Below are positions 1 to 13,433 of a stretch of DNA of 64,000 nucleotides, one piece after another. Under the pieces are notes generated by a model that did no database searches, was not told where the DNA came from, and worked only from the letters and a program-made list of their open reading frames with translations. Position 1 is the first letter of the stretch; the number at the start of each line of letters is the position of its first letter. The translations under genes and the position numbers were made by a program. Source of the DNA: Lama glama (lineage: Eukaryota); NCBI GenBank assembly GCA_028534125.1, contig CM052832.1, positions 13,394,001 to 13,458,000 on the forward strand, given 5' to 3'.

Positions 1-1419
1 GACTTAACGAAGGTTGAAAACCATTCTGCTAGAAAATTGTTGGCGTACTATATGAGCATCTTTGAATGCACTTAATCTCCTGTTGATCTTTTACAAAGTT
101 TAGGAAGTCATGCCAGCAAATTAAATGGGTCGAAGCTTTTGTTCCCTAGTCTTTATATACTCATCAATGTAAATGTAATTTTGTTCTTTACCTTTGTTAA
201 CAACTGAAAATCATTAACTTGCTCCGCTGGCGTTTATTAACTGCCTATTACATGGAAGGCACTATTTGTCTTAGGCTTAAAGACTGATATTTTTATGTGG
301 AAATAGTTTCATTTGTTTTGTATATACATATATATAGAGAGAGAGGGAGAGGCACTCTTCAGAAATTTTCAGACAAGGGAGGAGTACAGAGTGCTCTGTT
401 GCTTCAGACTTGTTTTTAAATCTGGTTTTAAAATTTCTTCACCAGAGTGCATGTGGTTTTCATTGTGGGTGGAGGGGGTACAGGCTGACAAATAAGGAAC
501 CACACCCAAGCTTCATAAACCAGACTGAGGTTTTAAAAAAATTCTACTGATATCCTAAAAACATTTGAGTTTGCTTTGGTTATTGGCAGAAACTTCCCCA
601 TGAAAAATTACATTTTATAGTAAGGTAGAGATGAGTTCAGTGTTCTGAATTTGTGATTACTGATCATTTTGGCACATTACGAATCAAAATGTTTGAAATG
701 GAGCCTTGATTTTGAATCTCTTTGCTCTCAAGGTATTATTCTTTGTGTGATTTTCTAGAGTATCTTTTTATAAAATTGCTTAAGTCTTTTTTCTTAGGAA
801 TAGTGTTTGCATATTCCTTAACAGCGTTAGTTTAATCTACAAAACAGTTTTAAAAAGCTGCTAAGTATTAAGGAGAGAGCCTTAAGAAAACTTTTCATGA
901 AATGTACTGTCTTTGAAAATGGCCCTGATCCCTCCTGATTTTTACTCAGTTTCATATTGAGATGAAAAGACAGATTTAGAGGTAGGTCCTGTGGGAGGAA
1001 GGTATGATAAGGATAAAATATTGAGCATTATTGCCAATGCTGGAGCAAGTCAAGGTTGGTGAACAGCCTGGCCAGGTGAGACAATGTAGGTTGGTAGGAA
1101 AAAACAAAACAAAACAAAAAAAACTAGGGAAAATGCAATTTAAATTTAGGGGGGAAAAGGTTCTATAAGCTATTTAAACCTTGTCGATATCCTTTTTCAA
1201 ATACGTGAAACTGGGAAGTTAGGGTCTCTTGTTTTTAAGGCATTTTCAGTCACTCAAATTATGATCAGGTTTTTTCTTGGTAATACTGTTCCATCATAGG
1301 TCGTTGTTTTAACTTGTAAATTCAAATAGACAGCAAACACTTACCAAACACTGTAAGTCATATCCGCAGATGAAGATTTTAGTCACAGATTTTTTTTTAA
1401 CTATAGAAATCGTAAATTT

Positions 1420-1566
1420 ACAAGTTATTGATAACTTGTACAACACAGGGAATATAGCCAATATTTTATAATAACTATAAATGGAGTATAAGCTTTAAAA
1501 ATTGTGAATCACTATATTGTACACCAGTAACATATAATATTGTATATAAAGTACACTGTAAGAAAA
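1420..1566 (+). mobile_element. L1 3'-terminal fragment
   Basis: tacaacacagggaatatagccaatattttataataactataaatggagtata...gaatcactatattgtacacc is a typical L1 3' end. Confidence 0.7.
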
Positions 1567-2479
1567 TCCAAGAAAGATGCTAATGGTGATTACAAATAAT
1601 TTTATGCCAATAAATTAGAAAATTTTGAAGGAATTTTAAGAAAAGTTAATAATGGTACATACTCTTTGAAGAAAATATGGAAAAGCACAAACAAGAATAA
1701 GATGATCTATTCTCACTGCCTAGAGTTAGGCCACTAATAACATTTTAATATGTATTTCTAATAATTCTGTGCACATACAGTAAACACATAAATAAAATTG
1801 AAATCATGGTATATGTACTATTTTGTAACCTATTTTCTTTTAGATTGGAAATATTTTCCCTGACATTAAACATTCAAACATATTTTAATTGCATGTTTTA
1901 TTATAACTTAATCAGTTCTTATGGGTCTTTGATTTCTTCAAAGTAGATTCCTAGATGGTGAAGAATTATTCTATATTATATATTCTTAATTTATGTATGT
2001 TGTATTGTGATCTTGTTCTCTTTTTAAAAAATACAACACTATGTTTTAAAGATATATTCATGTCGCTTTTAGGTACAAGTAGATTTGCTTCTGACTGCTG
2101 TGTGGTATTTCTTTGTATGCATCCACAGCATTTAATTAATTTATTTCCTTAATGAATTGCCTCCAACTTCCCATAACACAGATAATGGCATAATGAACAT
2201 CCTCTGTAATGCACATCCTTGTGCATGTCCTTTTAAGACTCCGTGTGATAATTTCTCTAGGCCTTATAATTAGGGATGGTATTTATGGGTCTAAAATCAT
2301 TAATATATGCTCAATTTTCACCAGCTATTAAGTTTGTCTGGCTTTTGTTTTATGTTAGCTGTTTGTCCTGAGAAAACTTGGGCCAATTTATATTCCTACC
2401 AGTAGGGTAAGACAGCGTATAAATTGATGGAGTTTAGCTCCAAAACTAATACTTCTTTTTTTCTTCGTTTCTAGCAGCC

Positions 2480-2610
2480 ATGGCAATGACAGGCTCAACA
2501 CCTTACTCGTCCATGAGTAATCACACAAAGGAAAGGGTGACAATGACCAAAGTGACACTGGAGAATTTTTATAGCAACCTGATCGCTCAACATGAAGAAC
2601 GAGAAATGAG
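2480..2610 (+). CDS. STK38: STK38/NDR1 exon 2, first coding exon (MAMTGSTPYSSMSNHTKERVTMTKVTLENFYSNLIAQHEEREM)
   Basis: Polypyrimidine tract with TAG/CAG acceptor at 2472-2477, strong Kozak GCAGCCATGG (ATG 2480), donor AG|GTAAAG at 2611; translation matches the NDR1 N-terminus. Confidence 0.97.
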
Positions 2611-2788
2611 GTAAAGAATTTTGTTTGAGAATATTGTGTTGTGGTTTTGGCATTCATGTTTAGTGTTAAACACATTCACAATATGATTGAAAGGAGACAG
2701 CACTAGCGGCCATGTTATAGCCGATTCCATTAAAGTGGAGTGACAGTGTCACTGATTTCCAAAGCCCTTGCTATTGACCCAGTTCTTT

Positions 2789-4194
2789 CTTTTTATTTAT
2801 TTATTTGTGTATTTATATTGAAGGATAGTTGGTTTGCAATGTTGTGTTAATTTCTGGTGTACAGCATAGGGTTTCAGTTATATATATATATTCCTTTTCA
2901 TATTCTTTTTCTTTATAGGCTATTATAAGGTATTAAATATAGTTCCCTGTGCTATACAGTGGACCTTGTTGTTTATATATAGTAGTTAGTATCTGCAAAT
3001 CCTGAACTTCCAATTTATCCCTCTACCCCGCCCCTCCCCTTTTCCTTCTACTAACCATAAGTTTCTTTTCTATATCTGTGAGTCTGTTACTTTTGTAAAT
3101 AAGTTCATTTGTATCATTTTTTTTTGAGTCTACATGTAAGTGATATCAAATGGTATTCTTTTTCTTTCTGTCTTACTTCACTCTTCAGGTCCATCCATGT
3201 TGCTGCAAATAGCATTCTTTTATTTTTTATGGCTGAGTAGTATTCCATTGTGTATATGTACCACAACTTCTTTATCTAGTCATCTGTCGATGGACATTTA
3301 GATTGCTTCTATGTCTTAGCTATTGTAAATAATGCTGCTATGAACATTGGGGTGCATGTATCTTTTTGAATTAGAGTTTTCTCCAGATACAGTCCAAAGA
3401 CTAGGATTACTGGATCATATGGTAAGTCTATTTTTAGTTTTTTAAAGAATCTCCATACTATTTTCCATAATGGCTGCACCAAACTACATTCCCACCAACA
3501 TTGTAGGAGAGTTCCCTTTTCTGCATGCTCTCTCCAACATTTATTGTTCGTGGACTTTTTAATTATGGCCATTCTGACTGGTGTGAGGTATACCTCATTA
3601 TAGTTTTGATTTACATTTCTCTGATAATTAGCAATATTGAGCATTTTTTCATGTGCCTATCGGACACTTCTATGTCTTTATTGGAGAAATGTTTAAGTCT
3701 TCTGCCCACTTTTTGATTGGATTGCTTATATTTTTGTTGCTAAGTTGTATGAGCTATTTGTATATTCTGGAAATTAAGCCCTTGTCAGTCACGTCGTTTG
3801 CAAATACTTTCTCCCATTCCATAGGTTGTCTTTTTGTTTATAGTTTCCTTTGCTGTGCAAAAGTTTATAAGTTTAATTAGGTCCCATTTGTTTATTTTTG
3901 CTTTTATTTCTATTGCCTCAGTAGACTGCCCTAGGAGAACGTTGCTAGGATACTTTCATAGAGAATGTTTTGCCTATGTTTTCTTCTAGGAGGTTTACAG
4001 CGTCTTGTCTTATGTTTAAATCTTTAAGCCATTTTGAGTTTTATTTTTGTATATGCTGTGAGGGAGTGTTCTAGCTTCACTGATTTATGTGTGACTGATC
4101 AGCTTTCCGAACACCACTTGTGGAAGAGGCTGTCTTTTCTCCATTGTATATTCTTGCCTCCTTTGTTGGAAATTAATTGACTGTAGGTGTGTGG
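2789..4194 (-). mobile_element. 5'-truncated L1 (ORF2 C-terminus, 3' UTR and tail), relatively young
   Basis: ORF 3309..3644 carries L1 ORF2 motifs ([48 protein letters not shown]); T-rich tail near 2790; candidate TSDs 2774-2788 and 4195-4209 (12/15 identical). Confidence 0.92.
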
Positions 4195-4289
4195 TTAACC
4201 CACTTATTTTTACTACTAGTCAATAACATAAAATTCAAACGTAGTATAAAAAAATTAATTGGGCCAAATCCTTGGAGTTCACTGTTAAA

Positions 4290-4540
4290 GCAGTGTGATG
4301 TAATGGAACGAGCAGCTCTTACGGAGCCAGGCCTAGGTTTAGAATCCTGCCTTTACCATTTAGTAGCTATATGAGGCTGGAACAAGTTCTTAGTCTTTCT
4401 GTGTATCAGTTCTCCCATCTGGAAAATGGCAATGAAACTATTGCAGGGTTGCTGTGGGGGTTAGATATAACTATATGTGGGTACCCAGCATAGTGCTTCA
4501 CACATAGTAATCACTTAGTTAATGGTGGTAGTAGCAGTTA
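4290..4540 (+). mobile_element. MIR SINE
   Basis: Decayed MIR core (aatcctgcctttaccattta...caagttctta...tcagttctcccatctggaaaatgg). Confidence 0.75.
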
Positions 4541-4629
4541 ATATTATTGATCTGGTGTTCCCCCATCCATATAGTAACTCATAATTAAAAATTTTTTCCC
4601 CTGATGAAGCCAAAAAACTTTCCCCTTCC

Positions 4630-7150
4630 AGTATTTGATTATGAAGATACTCAGAATTGCAGAAAACTTGAAAGAACTGTACAGTAAATATTCATATATA
4701 TACTATATAGATTCTAAGGTTGTCATTTATTGTTTTATCACATACCCATCTATCCATCCCTCTTTCCATTCACTAATCCATCTTAATTTTTTGCTGTACT
4801 TCAAAGTGTATGTTGCAGATGTCAATATGTTTTATTTCTGAGTGTTCCTGCTTGTATAACAAACCACAGTTCTATGTATCTGTATATACGTGTATTTTAA
4901 GGGAAGGTAAAATTTGCATACAATGAACTGCACCATCTTAAGGGTACATTTTGATGAGTTTTGACAAATACTTAACACCTGTATAACTTAAAACCCCTAT
5001 CAAGACATAGAATATTAACCATCATCCCAGAAAGTTCTTTCTTGGAGATGCTCCTTTAACCCCAGGCCACCACTGTTGTGATTTTTGTTTCTACCATAGA
5101 TTAGTCTTATCTGTTCCATACAAGTGCAACATGTGAATGGATTCATCTGAATAAGGCATCTTGCACTCAGCCTAATGTTTTCAAGGTTCATCTATGTTGC
5201 TATTGTGTCCATAGCTCGTTCCTTCATATTGCAGAGTACCATTCTGTTTTCTGACTATGCCATAGTTTGTTTATATATTCTTAATGTTGATAAAAATCTG
5301 GGCTTTTTTTCAGTTTTTTGATGTTTTGAATAAGTTTCTGTGAACATTTGTGTACAGGTCTCTTTGGGAACATTTGTTTTCGTTTCTTTAGTAGATATTT
5401 AAGAGTGGAATGGCTGGATCATAAACACATAGGTGTATGTTCAGTTTTGTAAGAAACTGCTAGACTTTTTTCCAGAAGGTTACCAACAGTGTTTGAGAGT
5501 TCTAGTTGCTTTGTATTTTTAACATTTGTGTTACCAGTCTTTTAACTTTAGCTGTTCTTGTGAATGATTAGTGGTATTTCATTGTCATTTTAATTTGCAT
5601 TTCCCTGATGATTAATGATGTTGAACATTTTTCTTTGTGCTTTTTGGCCGCTTGTGTATTTTCCTTTGTGAAGTGTTTGTTCACATTTTTTGACCATTGA
5701 GTTGTAGGAGTTCTTTATGTAACTTAGGTACCAATTCTTTGTCATATGTATGTTTTGCAAATAGTTTCTCCCCGTCTGTGGCTTTCCAGTTCATCTAACT
5801 TGGCATTTTTTTTCTTTTATAGTTATTGCATTCTGTAGCCTCTAAGAAACCTTTGCCTATCCCAAGTCATGAAAATATTCTGTTTTCTTTTAGAAATTTC
5901 ATAGATTTAGTTGTTACATTTAGTTATGTGAGCCATCTTGAATTAGTAAGTGTGTGTAGTATGAGGTGGGAGTTGAGATTTATTTTTTCCTTATGGATAT
6001 CCAGTTATTTTAACGTCATTTGTTGCAAAGATTTTTCTTTTCCCTCTTAGATTGCTTTGGCACTTTGTTGAAAATCAAATACCACGTAAGTGTGTATCAA
6101 TTTGTGGGCTCTTTATTCTGTTTCATTGATCTGTTTGTCCCTATGCCAGTATCACACTGTCTTGATTACTGTAGCTTTGTTGTTAAGGTTTGAAGTCAGG
6201 TAGTGTAAGTCCTCAGCTTTGCTGGTTTTTTTTTTTTTTTCTTTTTCCAAGATTGCTTTAGATACGCTAGGTTTTTTGTATTTCCATATAAATTTTAGAA
6301 TCACCTTGTCAGTTTCTACAGAAAAGCCTAATGGATTAATTGTTGTAATTGTATTGAATCTGTAGATTAATTTGGGGGAGAATTGACATCTTAACAATGT
6401 TGAAACTTCTGATGCATAGCTCTCTACCTTGTTAGGTCTTTAATTTTTCTCAGCAATGTTTTGTAGCTTTAGGGTGGAGCTCTTTGTGTCTTTTGTTCAT
6501 CTGTTCCTAGTATTTTGAGGGTTTTTTTTTTTTTGATGCTACTGATTCCACTTTCCAGTTTGCAACTAGTGTATAGAACTGTAACTGAATTTTGTATATT
6601 GACCTCATATCCTGCAACTTGCTAATTTACTTATTCTAGTAGCTTTTTTTGTAGATTCCATAGAATTTTCTATGCAAACAATTGTGTCATGGCCAAATAG
6701 AGAGTTTTACTTCTTTTCCAATCTGTATACCTTTTCTTTGTTTCTCTTGCCTTTTCACATTGGCTGGGATTTCAGGTACGATGTTGAATGTAAATGGTGG
6801 GAGTAGACGTCTTTGTTCCTGGTTTAAGGGGGAAGCACTATTTCACTGTTAGGATGTTAGATGTAGGTTTTTCAGAGATGCTTTCATAGGTTGGGGAAGT
6901 TTCCTTTTGTTCCTTTTTGGCTGAGAGTTTTTATCATGAGTGGGTGTTTCATCAAATGCTTTTCCTGTTATTTATGGAGTGATCATACTGTTTTTCTCTT
7001 TTTTTACTGTGGTGAATTACATGGACTGATTTTTGAATGTTAAACTAACCTTGCATTCCTAGGGTAAAACCCTCTTGATCATAATGCATTTTTCTCTTTA
7101 TATATTGCTGGATTCAATATGCTCAGATTTTGGTAAGGATTTTTGCAACC
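4630..7150 (-). mobile_element. Old L1M fragments (ORF2 and 3' UTR)
   Basis: ORF 6152..6397 resembles decayed L1 ORF2 (PKLIYRFN, LKFIWK, KATVIKTV); T-rich antisense L1 texture throughout. Confidence 0.85.
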
Positions 7151-8687
7151 ATGTTCTTCAGAAGGGTGTAAATCATAATTTACATAGGATATATGATTTG
7201 ACTTTAAATATGCAGATGTTGGCAGAATAGCAAGATACTGTGTACCTGGTGGTGGCTAACTGCTGTTCATTGGACAGACAAGTGCCTGCAGAGTGCCCTT
7301 TGTTAGGGTCGTGAGGATTCAAGAGTAAATTTGCACACTGTATCTCTAGGCATGTTGGAGATAGTTATTTTCAAATATAACCACTCTCATGAAGTCAGAG
7401 ATTCTGGTGTTGTAGTTACAAAGCAAATGCTTATGAGTTCTGATTAAGTTATGTTTTATTTGGTAATACTTGGTTTTTAATCCTACTAATCCTCTGTCCT
7501 ACTGTGCATCAATGATCTATATCACATTCTCCAGGAACAAGATGATAAGTGGTTTTATTTACATTGTTAATAAGTGTTGTACTGTGATTTACACTAAGAT
7601 TGCACCCCAACATGGATTGAAATCAGTGCTTTTTTTTTTTTTTTTTTTTTTTTTATTCTTAAGATGGAAAGCCCTTCCAAAAGCTTCGGTGGTCTTGCTT
7701 TTCTTAAAGACCAAATTAATCAAAAGACATAGGAAAAAGAATGTTAGACATTTAAGAGGATTAGAATGTTTGTTCTTGTAATTTTGTTGTTATCAAATCA
7801 TCATTATTTTTCATTTTAAAAAAGCGGTAGATACTTTGAACTTTTCAGAATCAGTATTGTTAATCTTTCAGTGCCTTCTTTTTTGGACATGAGTTGATAT
7901 TGGTTTTTTTAGTTTCTTGCTAAAATTTAGTAATACTATTTTAGATTTTATCATTCCTAGAAAATTAGACACTAAAAAGAGAAATAGTGATTGGCAGGAG
8001 TTAACCACAGTAGTAAGTAAACTAAAATTAGAACTGTCAGAAATGGATTTTCAGGCATTTTGATGTTTTGGGGAAACATAGAAACTTGATAAACAGAGTT
8101 TTAATGGTATGAGACAATGATGATAAACATTTTATTATGGATATATGACTAATATATGATGAGCAGTTTGAAATAACAAGTATTGGGCTGGTAAATTTGG
8201 GGGCTAGTAATTGAGATCAGGTTGCAATACAGATTTTCATTTTGTTTGTATATGCCTTGTTGTCTCTAAAATCTCTAGTATTTCTCCCACTTATATGCAA
8301 CTTTTGTGCCGTTTCATTTTAGTAGAGCACTGGTTTAAATTTAAAATAAGGAATTTACCGCAGGGGGAAATGAGACCAAAGCCTAGAAGTAGAAGAAAAA
8401 AATAAAAATCATTTGTGAGTTGTTCCTTGTATAAAAGTAAAATATGAGAACATTGGGCTGTTTCGTGGAAACACTACAAAAAGCCCTACAGATTGGTTTA
8501 AAAACGTTTCAACTCCCTGAGTCTAGTGCTCATTACACGGTATTGCAGAATGCCTGTTAGTGCTACTTAACAGATTATAAACTGAACCCATTCAGTAGTG
8601 CAGGTTCATGTTCTTTTTTTAATCTGTGTTTTGCTTTCGATGGTGGCCTCTGTTGTAAGCTTCTCTAGGAAAAGCAGTTCTCCTATT

Positions 8688-8832
8688 CTTTTTTGTTTTC
8701 TGGGGTGTGGGGTAGGGGTGGAAGGAATTAATTAGGTTTATTTATTTAGTTATTTTAATGAGGTGCTGGGAATTGAACCCAGGACCTTGTGCATGTTAAG
8801 CATGTGCTCTAACCACTGAGCATACCCTCGCC
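8688..8832 (-). mobile_element. tRNA-derived SINE, vic-1-like (camelid)
   Basis: Reverse complement has Pol III A/B boxes (GCTCAGTGG...GGTTCAATTCC) and the body seen in the three other copies. Confidence 0.8.
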
Positions 8833-10447
8833 CTCTTCTCTCTCATGCGATCTACGTACCCAGTAGATGTTGATACTTGCCTGGTTATTCATCAGAAAGT
8901 AATGATTTGGGTAATTTGTAGCAGTTTGAAATCAGAACTGAGGAAACTGGCATTTCTCACTACAAAATATTCTGTGTTTCTGTTCTTTATGAATTCTATT
9001 TCGGTGGATTAATTAAAGCCACAAAAACCTAATTTAATAGGCAATAATTGTATACTGTCCCCCCTGCACTCCCCCAAATTGAATAAGAACTTTCCTACAT
9101 TTTACCCTGAGAACTAACATTTTCTGATGCCACTCTTAGATATTCTTACCCAGGTTTTCCTAACTATGTATGCATTTGGTCTGAACTGGTACTGAGTTGC
9201 AATATGTGATTATTATTAGAGAGCAAGTGTTTATTTAAGACCCAGGGATGGGTAAATCTAGACTTTCTAAGGGTATTCACCAATTAGATATCAGTCAAAC
9301 CAAAATAATTTGTTGAGCTTTTAGAAAAAAATCTGTCATATTCATTTTTAGGGCATTTCTTATTCTGTTTTGATCATGGAGATAACCACTGTTCATATCT
9401 ATGGTATTTTTCCTGGTATCTAGTGTCTCATCAACAGAAATTAGAAATATTGTCTACTCAACTCACTTGTAGAGTGGACTCATCTATTCCTTCCATCTCT
9501 GCTGCTTCTGAATGTAGCTATGCTTGGAAGCGAGCCTAGATTAGGCATAGAAATGGGTTAATTATAAGAAGTAGTCATGAATGTATGTGCACTTTATGAC
9601 ACATTTTTACCTTTTTTTTTTAATTTAGCAACATACATTTTAGAAAGTTGCTGTGTGCAAAGCCCTATTCTTAGTGGAGAAGGAAGATTCAGATGTTGGC
9701 CCAGCTTAAAAAGAATTTACCATCTCATGTGGGAAATGGCCTCACATGCTAATAAATAGAGCTCATGGAAGCCTTGCTGGGTGGGTTTGGGTGTGGCATC
9801 TGCGTGAAAGTGCCTTTTTCTCCCAGGGTTCTGGTTTGGAACATTGGAGTTGAGCCAAAGACTGGCCTCGCCAAAGGCTGGAGTGTTAGCTCGCCTGGCG
9901 CTGTGACCAGAGACGTGGAAGGGCCTGCTTTTCTTATGCATTATGGACAGTTTTAAACACACCCACAGATAGACTGATACAGTAAGCCCCCATACATTCA
10001 TCTTTCAGATTCAGTAATTATCAAGGCTTTGCTAAATTTCATCTATTCCATTTTGTTTTTTCTTGCTGTTGTGTTTTAAAGTAAATTTCAAACATCCGTC
10101 ATTTCAATCCTACATACTTAAGTATGCATCTCCAAAATATGGCCATTTTCTTGTTATCACAATGCCAACATGATTCCAGCAAAGTAGTATTGTGTCTCAG
10201 AAGACGTCACCTATAAGTCTTTTGTTATAGGTGTCACAAGATGTCACTGTTTGCCACTTTTGGTTAATTGTGCATGATAGAGAAAGTATCCAGAAAAAGC
10301 ATAATGAAAGAATCTGGTTGTGTTCAGGGAGTTGATTCTGATAACTTTACCCTCAGGTAGGTTATCTACTGAAACTAATTTGATCACAGTTGCAACTGAG
10401 CTGTAGAATACTTTCTAGTTTGAATTTAGATTTAAAATTCGGTTGCA

Positions 10448-10592
10448 GGGGAGGGTATAGCTCAGTGGTAGTGTGCTTAGCATGCACAGGTCCTGGGTTC
10501 AGTCTATGGTACATACGTACATACATGCATACATAAATACATAAATAAATCTAATTACCTCCTCCCCCAAACACCCCCCCCAATAAAAAAAA
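10448..10592 (+). mobile_element. tRNA-derived SINE, vic-1-like (camelid)
   Basis: GGGGAGGGTATAGCTCAGTGGTAG...CTTAGCATGCAC...GTCCTGGGTTCA, then taaat repeats, ctaattacctcc and A tail. Confidence 0.85.
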
Positions 10593-11109
10593 TCATTCAG
10601 AAGGAGCCATCTCTGTGACACACACTGTGTGATAGCACATTGTACTTCTAGCACAGTCTGGTGTGGTCATTCAAAAAATATATAGTCAGAAGGTATGATG
10701 GTGTTTGATACTCAAGGCCCAAAAAGAACAGACTGTGGTTGAATTCTTATAGTTCTTGCCATGCTTTAATTCTTCTCACTCTTCCCTGCTTCAGCTATTT
10801 AACCACGGAAATGGAATTAATTTTCGCTGCTGAAACTGCCAACAGTCCAGCCTTCTCCATCCAATACATGTGCACATGTAGATGCATATCCCAGAATATT
10901 GTGGGAACCAGGAGAGAAGTGGGCAGATTGGGAACCATGTAGATGCTTTCTTCTTTCCTTCAGGGTCAGAGTAGATCTTTTCACTTCCTGGGAGTTTGGA
11001 CACAAATTCTTGTTTATCATCTGAGCCTGTGCATTTGTACTGTAACATGATTTCTAACAGTATTAATTTTAACTAAATACTATTGATGCAGTAAATACTC
11101 ATTGACCAG

Positions 11110-11600
11110 AAGAAAACTCATTATCTTCCCATGTTCCTCTCTCTGTTTCCTGTCTTGGTTAGTGGCATCATTATCCTCCCACACAAGAAATTCTAAAACT
11201 TTTCCCTTGACTGCTGCTGCCAGTTGGTCATCTTTGCAAAACAGCTCTGTTCATTTCATTCTAGGTTTCCAGCCTTAGTTCCAGATCACTGCTGTGCACA
11301 TCTGAATCATTGTGACAGCTTTCAGTGTGCCTGAGTCTTTGTCAGTTGCTTTCCCTGCCAGCCCATCAGCTCATTACTGCTGGCTGCTATTCTGAAATAG
11401 AAATCTCATCACATCATTCCTTTGTGCACAAGCCTCTGATAACTGTCAGTTTTTCACAGAATAAGAGCCCCCCTTCTTGGTGTGGCATTGGAAGTGCTAT
11501 GTGCCGCACTGCACCAGACTGCGTGCTGTTACTCGTGCACCCTGTGCTTCTCTTCTTCCCTGCCCTGCTCCCATTGCCTGGTGTCTGGAATGCTGATAAG
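11110..11600 (+). mobile_element. L2 LINE fragment
   Basis: Decayed pyrimidine-rich L2 3' region recognised by eye; boundaries approximate. Confidence 0.5.
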
Positions 11601-12268
11601 TAACAGAGGAGAGATTCCAGTCCATGTGCTTTCATTTATTATGCCAAATAAATAGAGGTTGTGTAGAATTGGTAGTACGGAAGTTTTTTTTTTTTTAAAG
11701 TTTTATCAAATCAATATGAGACTATAGGTCAAAAAATATTCTTGGATGCAGTTTCTGAAGTGTTATACTCCAAGGATTTAGAGTCTTAAGTTTTAATAGC
11801 AGTGCCAATCACCTTTTTAAAACATGTTCCGCCTGTTGAATTTCCAAGTCCTGCCTTTACCTTTTCTGTTTATTACTCTTTGCTTGTGACAGGGAGGAGG
11901 AGGAGGATGTGAACATAAGGAAGTAGATTTCAGTCAGGGACAGGGAGAGAAACGCCCTCATACAAGAGGCTATCAAACACCAGCTGTCTGTGGTTTGTTG
12001 AGGAGGAAATACTACAAAAAAAAAAAAAAAAGAAAGAAAGAACATTTCATTTCAAAATAAGATTCTTTGTTGCATTGACATCTTATACAATCTTTGTCAA
12101 AATGTAGAACTAACAGGGTAGGAATCTTTTTACTTGTCTTAGTAACTGTAATCTGTTCTAGTGAGGCATTTTGAGATTTACCTGCTTTTATCATTTAAAA
12201 AATTACGTTTATATAGACTTTACAGAAAGTTATCATTCAAATGTTATTTCATGTGTCTTTATTTTTAG

Positions 12269-12320
12269 ACAAAAGAAGTTAGAAAAAGTGATGGAAGAAG
12301 AAGGCCTAAAAGATGAAGAG
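12269..12320 (+). CDS. STK38: STK38 exon 3 (RQKKLEKVMEEEGLKDEE)
   Basis: tttttag acceptor, GAG|GTAATT donor, 52 nt, phase fits neighbours. Confidence 0.97.
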
Positions 12321-13235
12321 GTAATTAATTTAAAAATATTCCTTGAAACCCAGCATGGCAAGTCATCTTGTCCAGCAGGTTGTTAGCACCGGTGCACTGG
12401 GGAAGGGTTTTGGCTCAGAAACAGGAAATTAGGAGGCCTCACATAGCGTACTCTGGATTTAGGTATTCACTCAGAGGGAGAGGTTAATGATTAAGTACCC
12501 AGGAGAGGAAGCCTTCTCTAGGCACAGCTATAATAAATTAATTAGCTTTAAAATTCCAAGAAAAGAGTTGAAATAAAATTAAAAAAGTGAATTATAGCAT
12601 TCTTATTTCATTGACAAGGCACCATGGAAGTTACAGCAAACTTCTGAAATCATTATGAAGGCAAAAAGCTCTCAAATCAGCCCTTCCCACAAATGCCCAC
12701 AGATGTGGTAGAAAATATAGTTAATAAGAAACTGCAAGGAACTGAAATAGCAGTGGAAATGCTCTTAAAAAGAGGAATGAGTCATAGAACCCAGGATAAG
12801 GGTGACAAATACCCAAGACTTGCAGGAATAACAGAAAGTTAATGTGTGAAATGAACCACAGTGTGTAAAAAATTCAGAGAGAAATTTAAAAACCATTCCT
12901 TTCTATAAAAATGGTTAGAGAAAAATGTTGTTGACTGCTATCCTTCCTTCCTTAGAAACAATACAATAGTGAATTATTGAGGTCGGTTCGTCAGAGTCCG
13001 CAGAGGAGGCCCCCCTCTGTTCAGCATGGTCTGGTTATCGTGTCTGAAGGCCAGGGGAGGGATGAGTGACCTCTTACTTGTCCCTCTGTGGTGCTTTGAC
13101 GTATGAAAGGATTATGCTTAGCTTGGGTGGCCCTGCGTTCCAGATGGGTTAAACCACGAATACCACTGTGTTGCAGAGTTTCAGAATTTCAGCTCCTCCC
13201 CTTCCCACCTCTCTCCTTCTTTATTTAAACATTAG

Positions 13236-13433
<198 letters not shown>

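Noticed and set aside
3309..3880. ORFs of 63-111 aa in STK38 intron 2
   Set aside because: Frameshifted L1 ORF2 remnants or their antisense frames.
10448..10510. tRNA-like A/B boxes as a tRNA gene (also 58531-58600)
   Set aside because: Followed by SINE body and A tail; dispersed diverged copies indicate SINEs.
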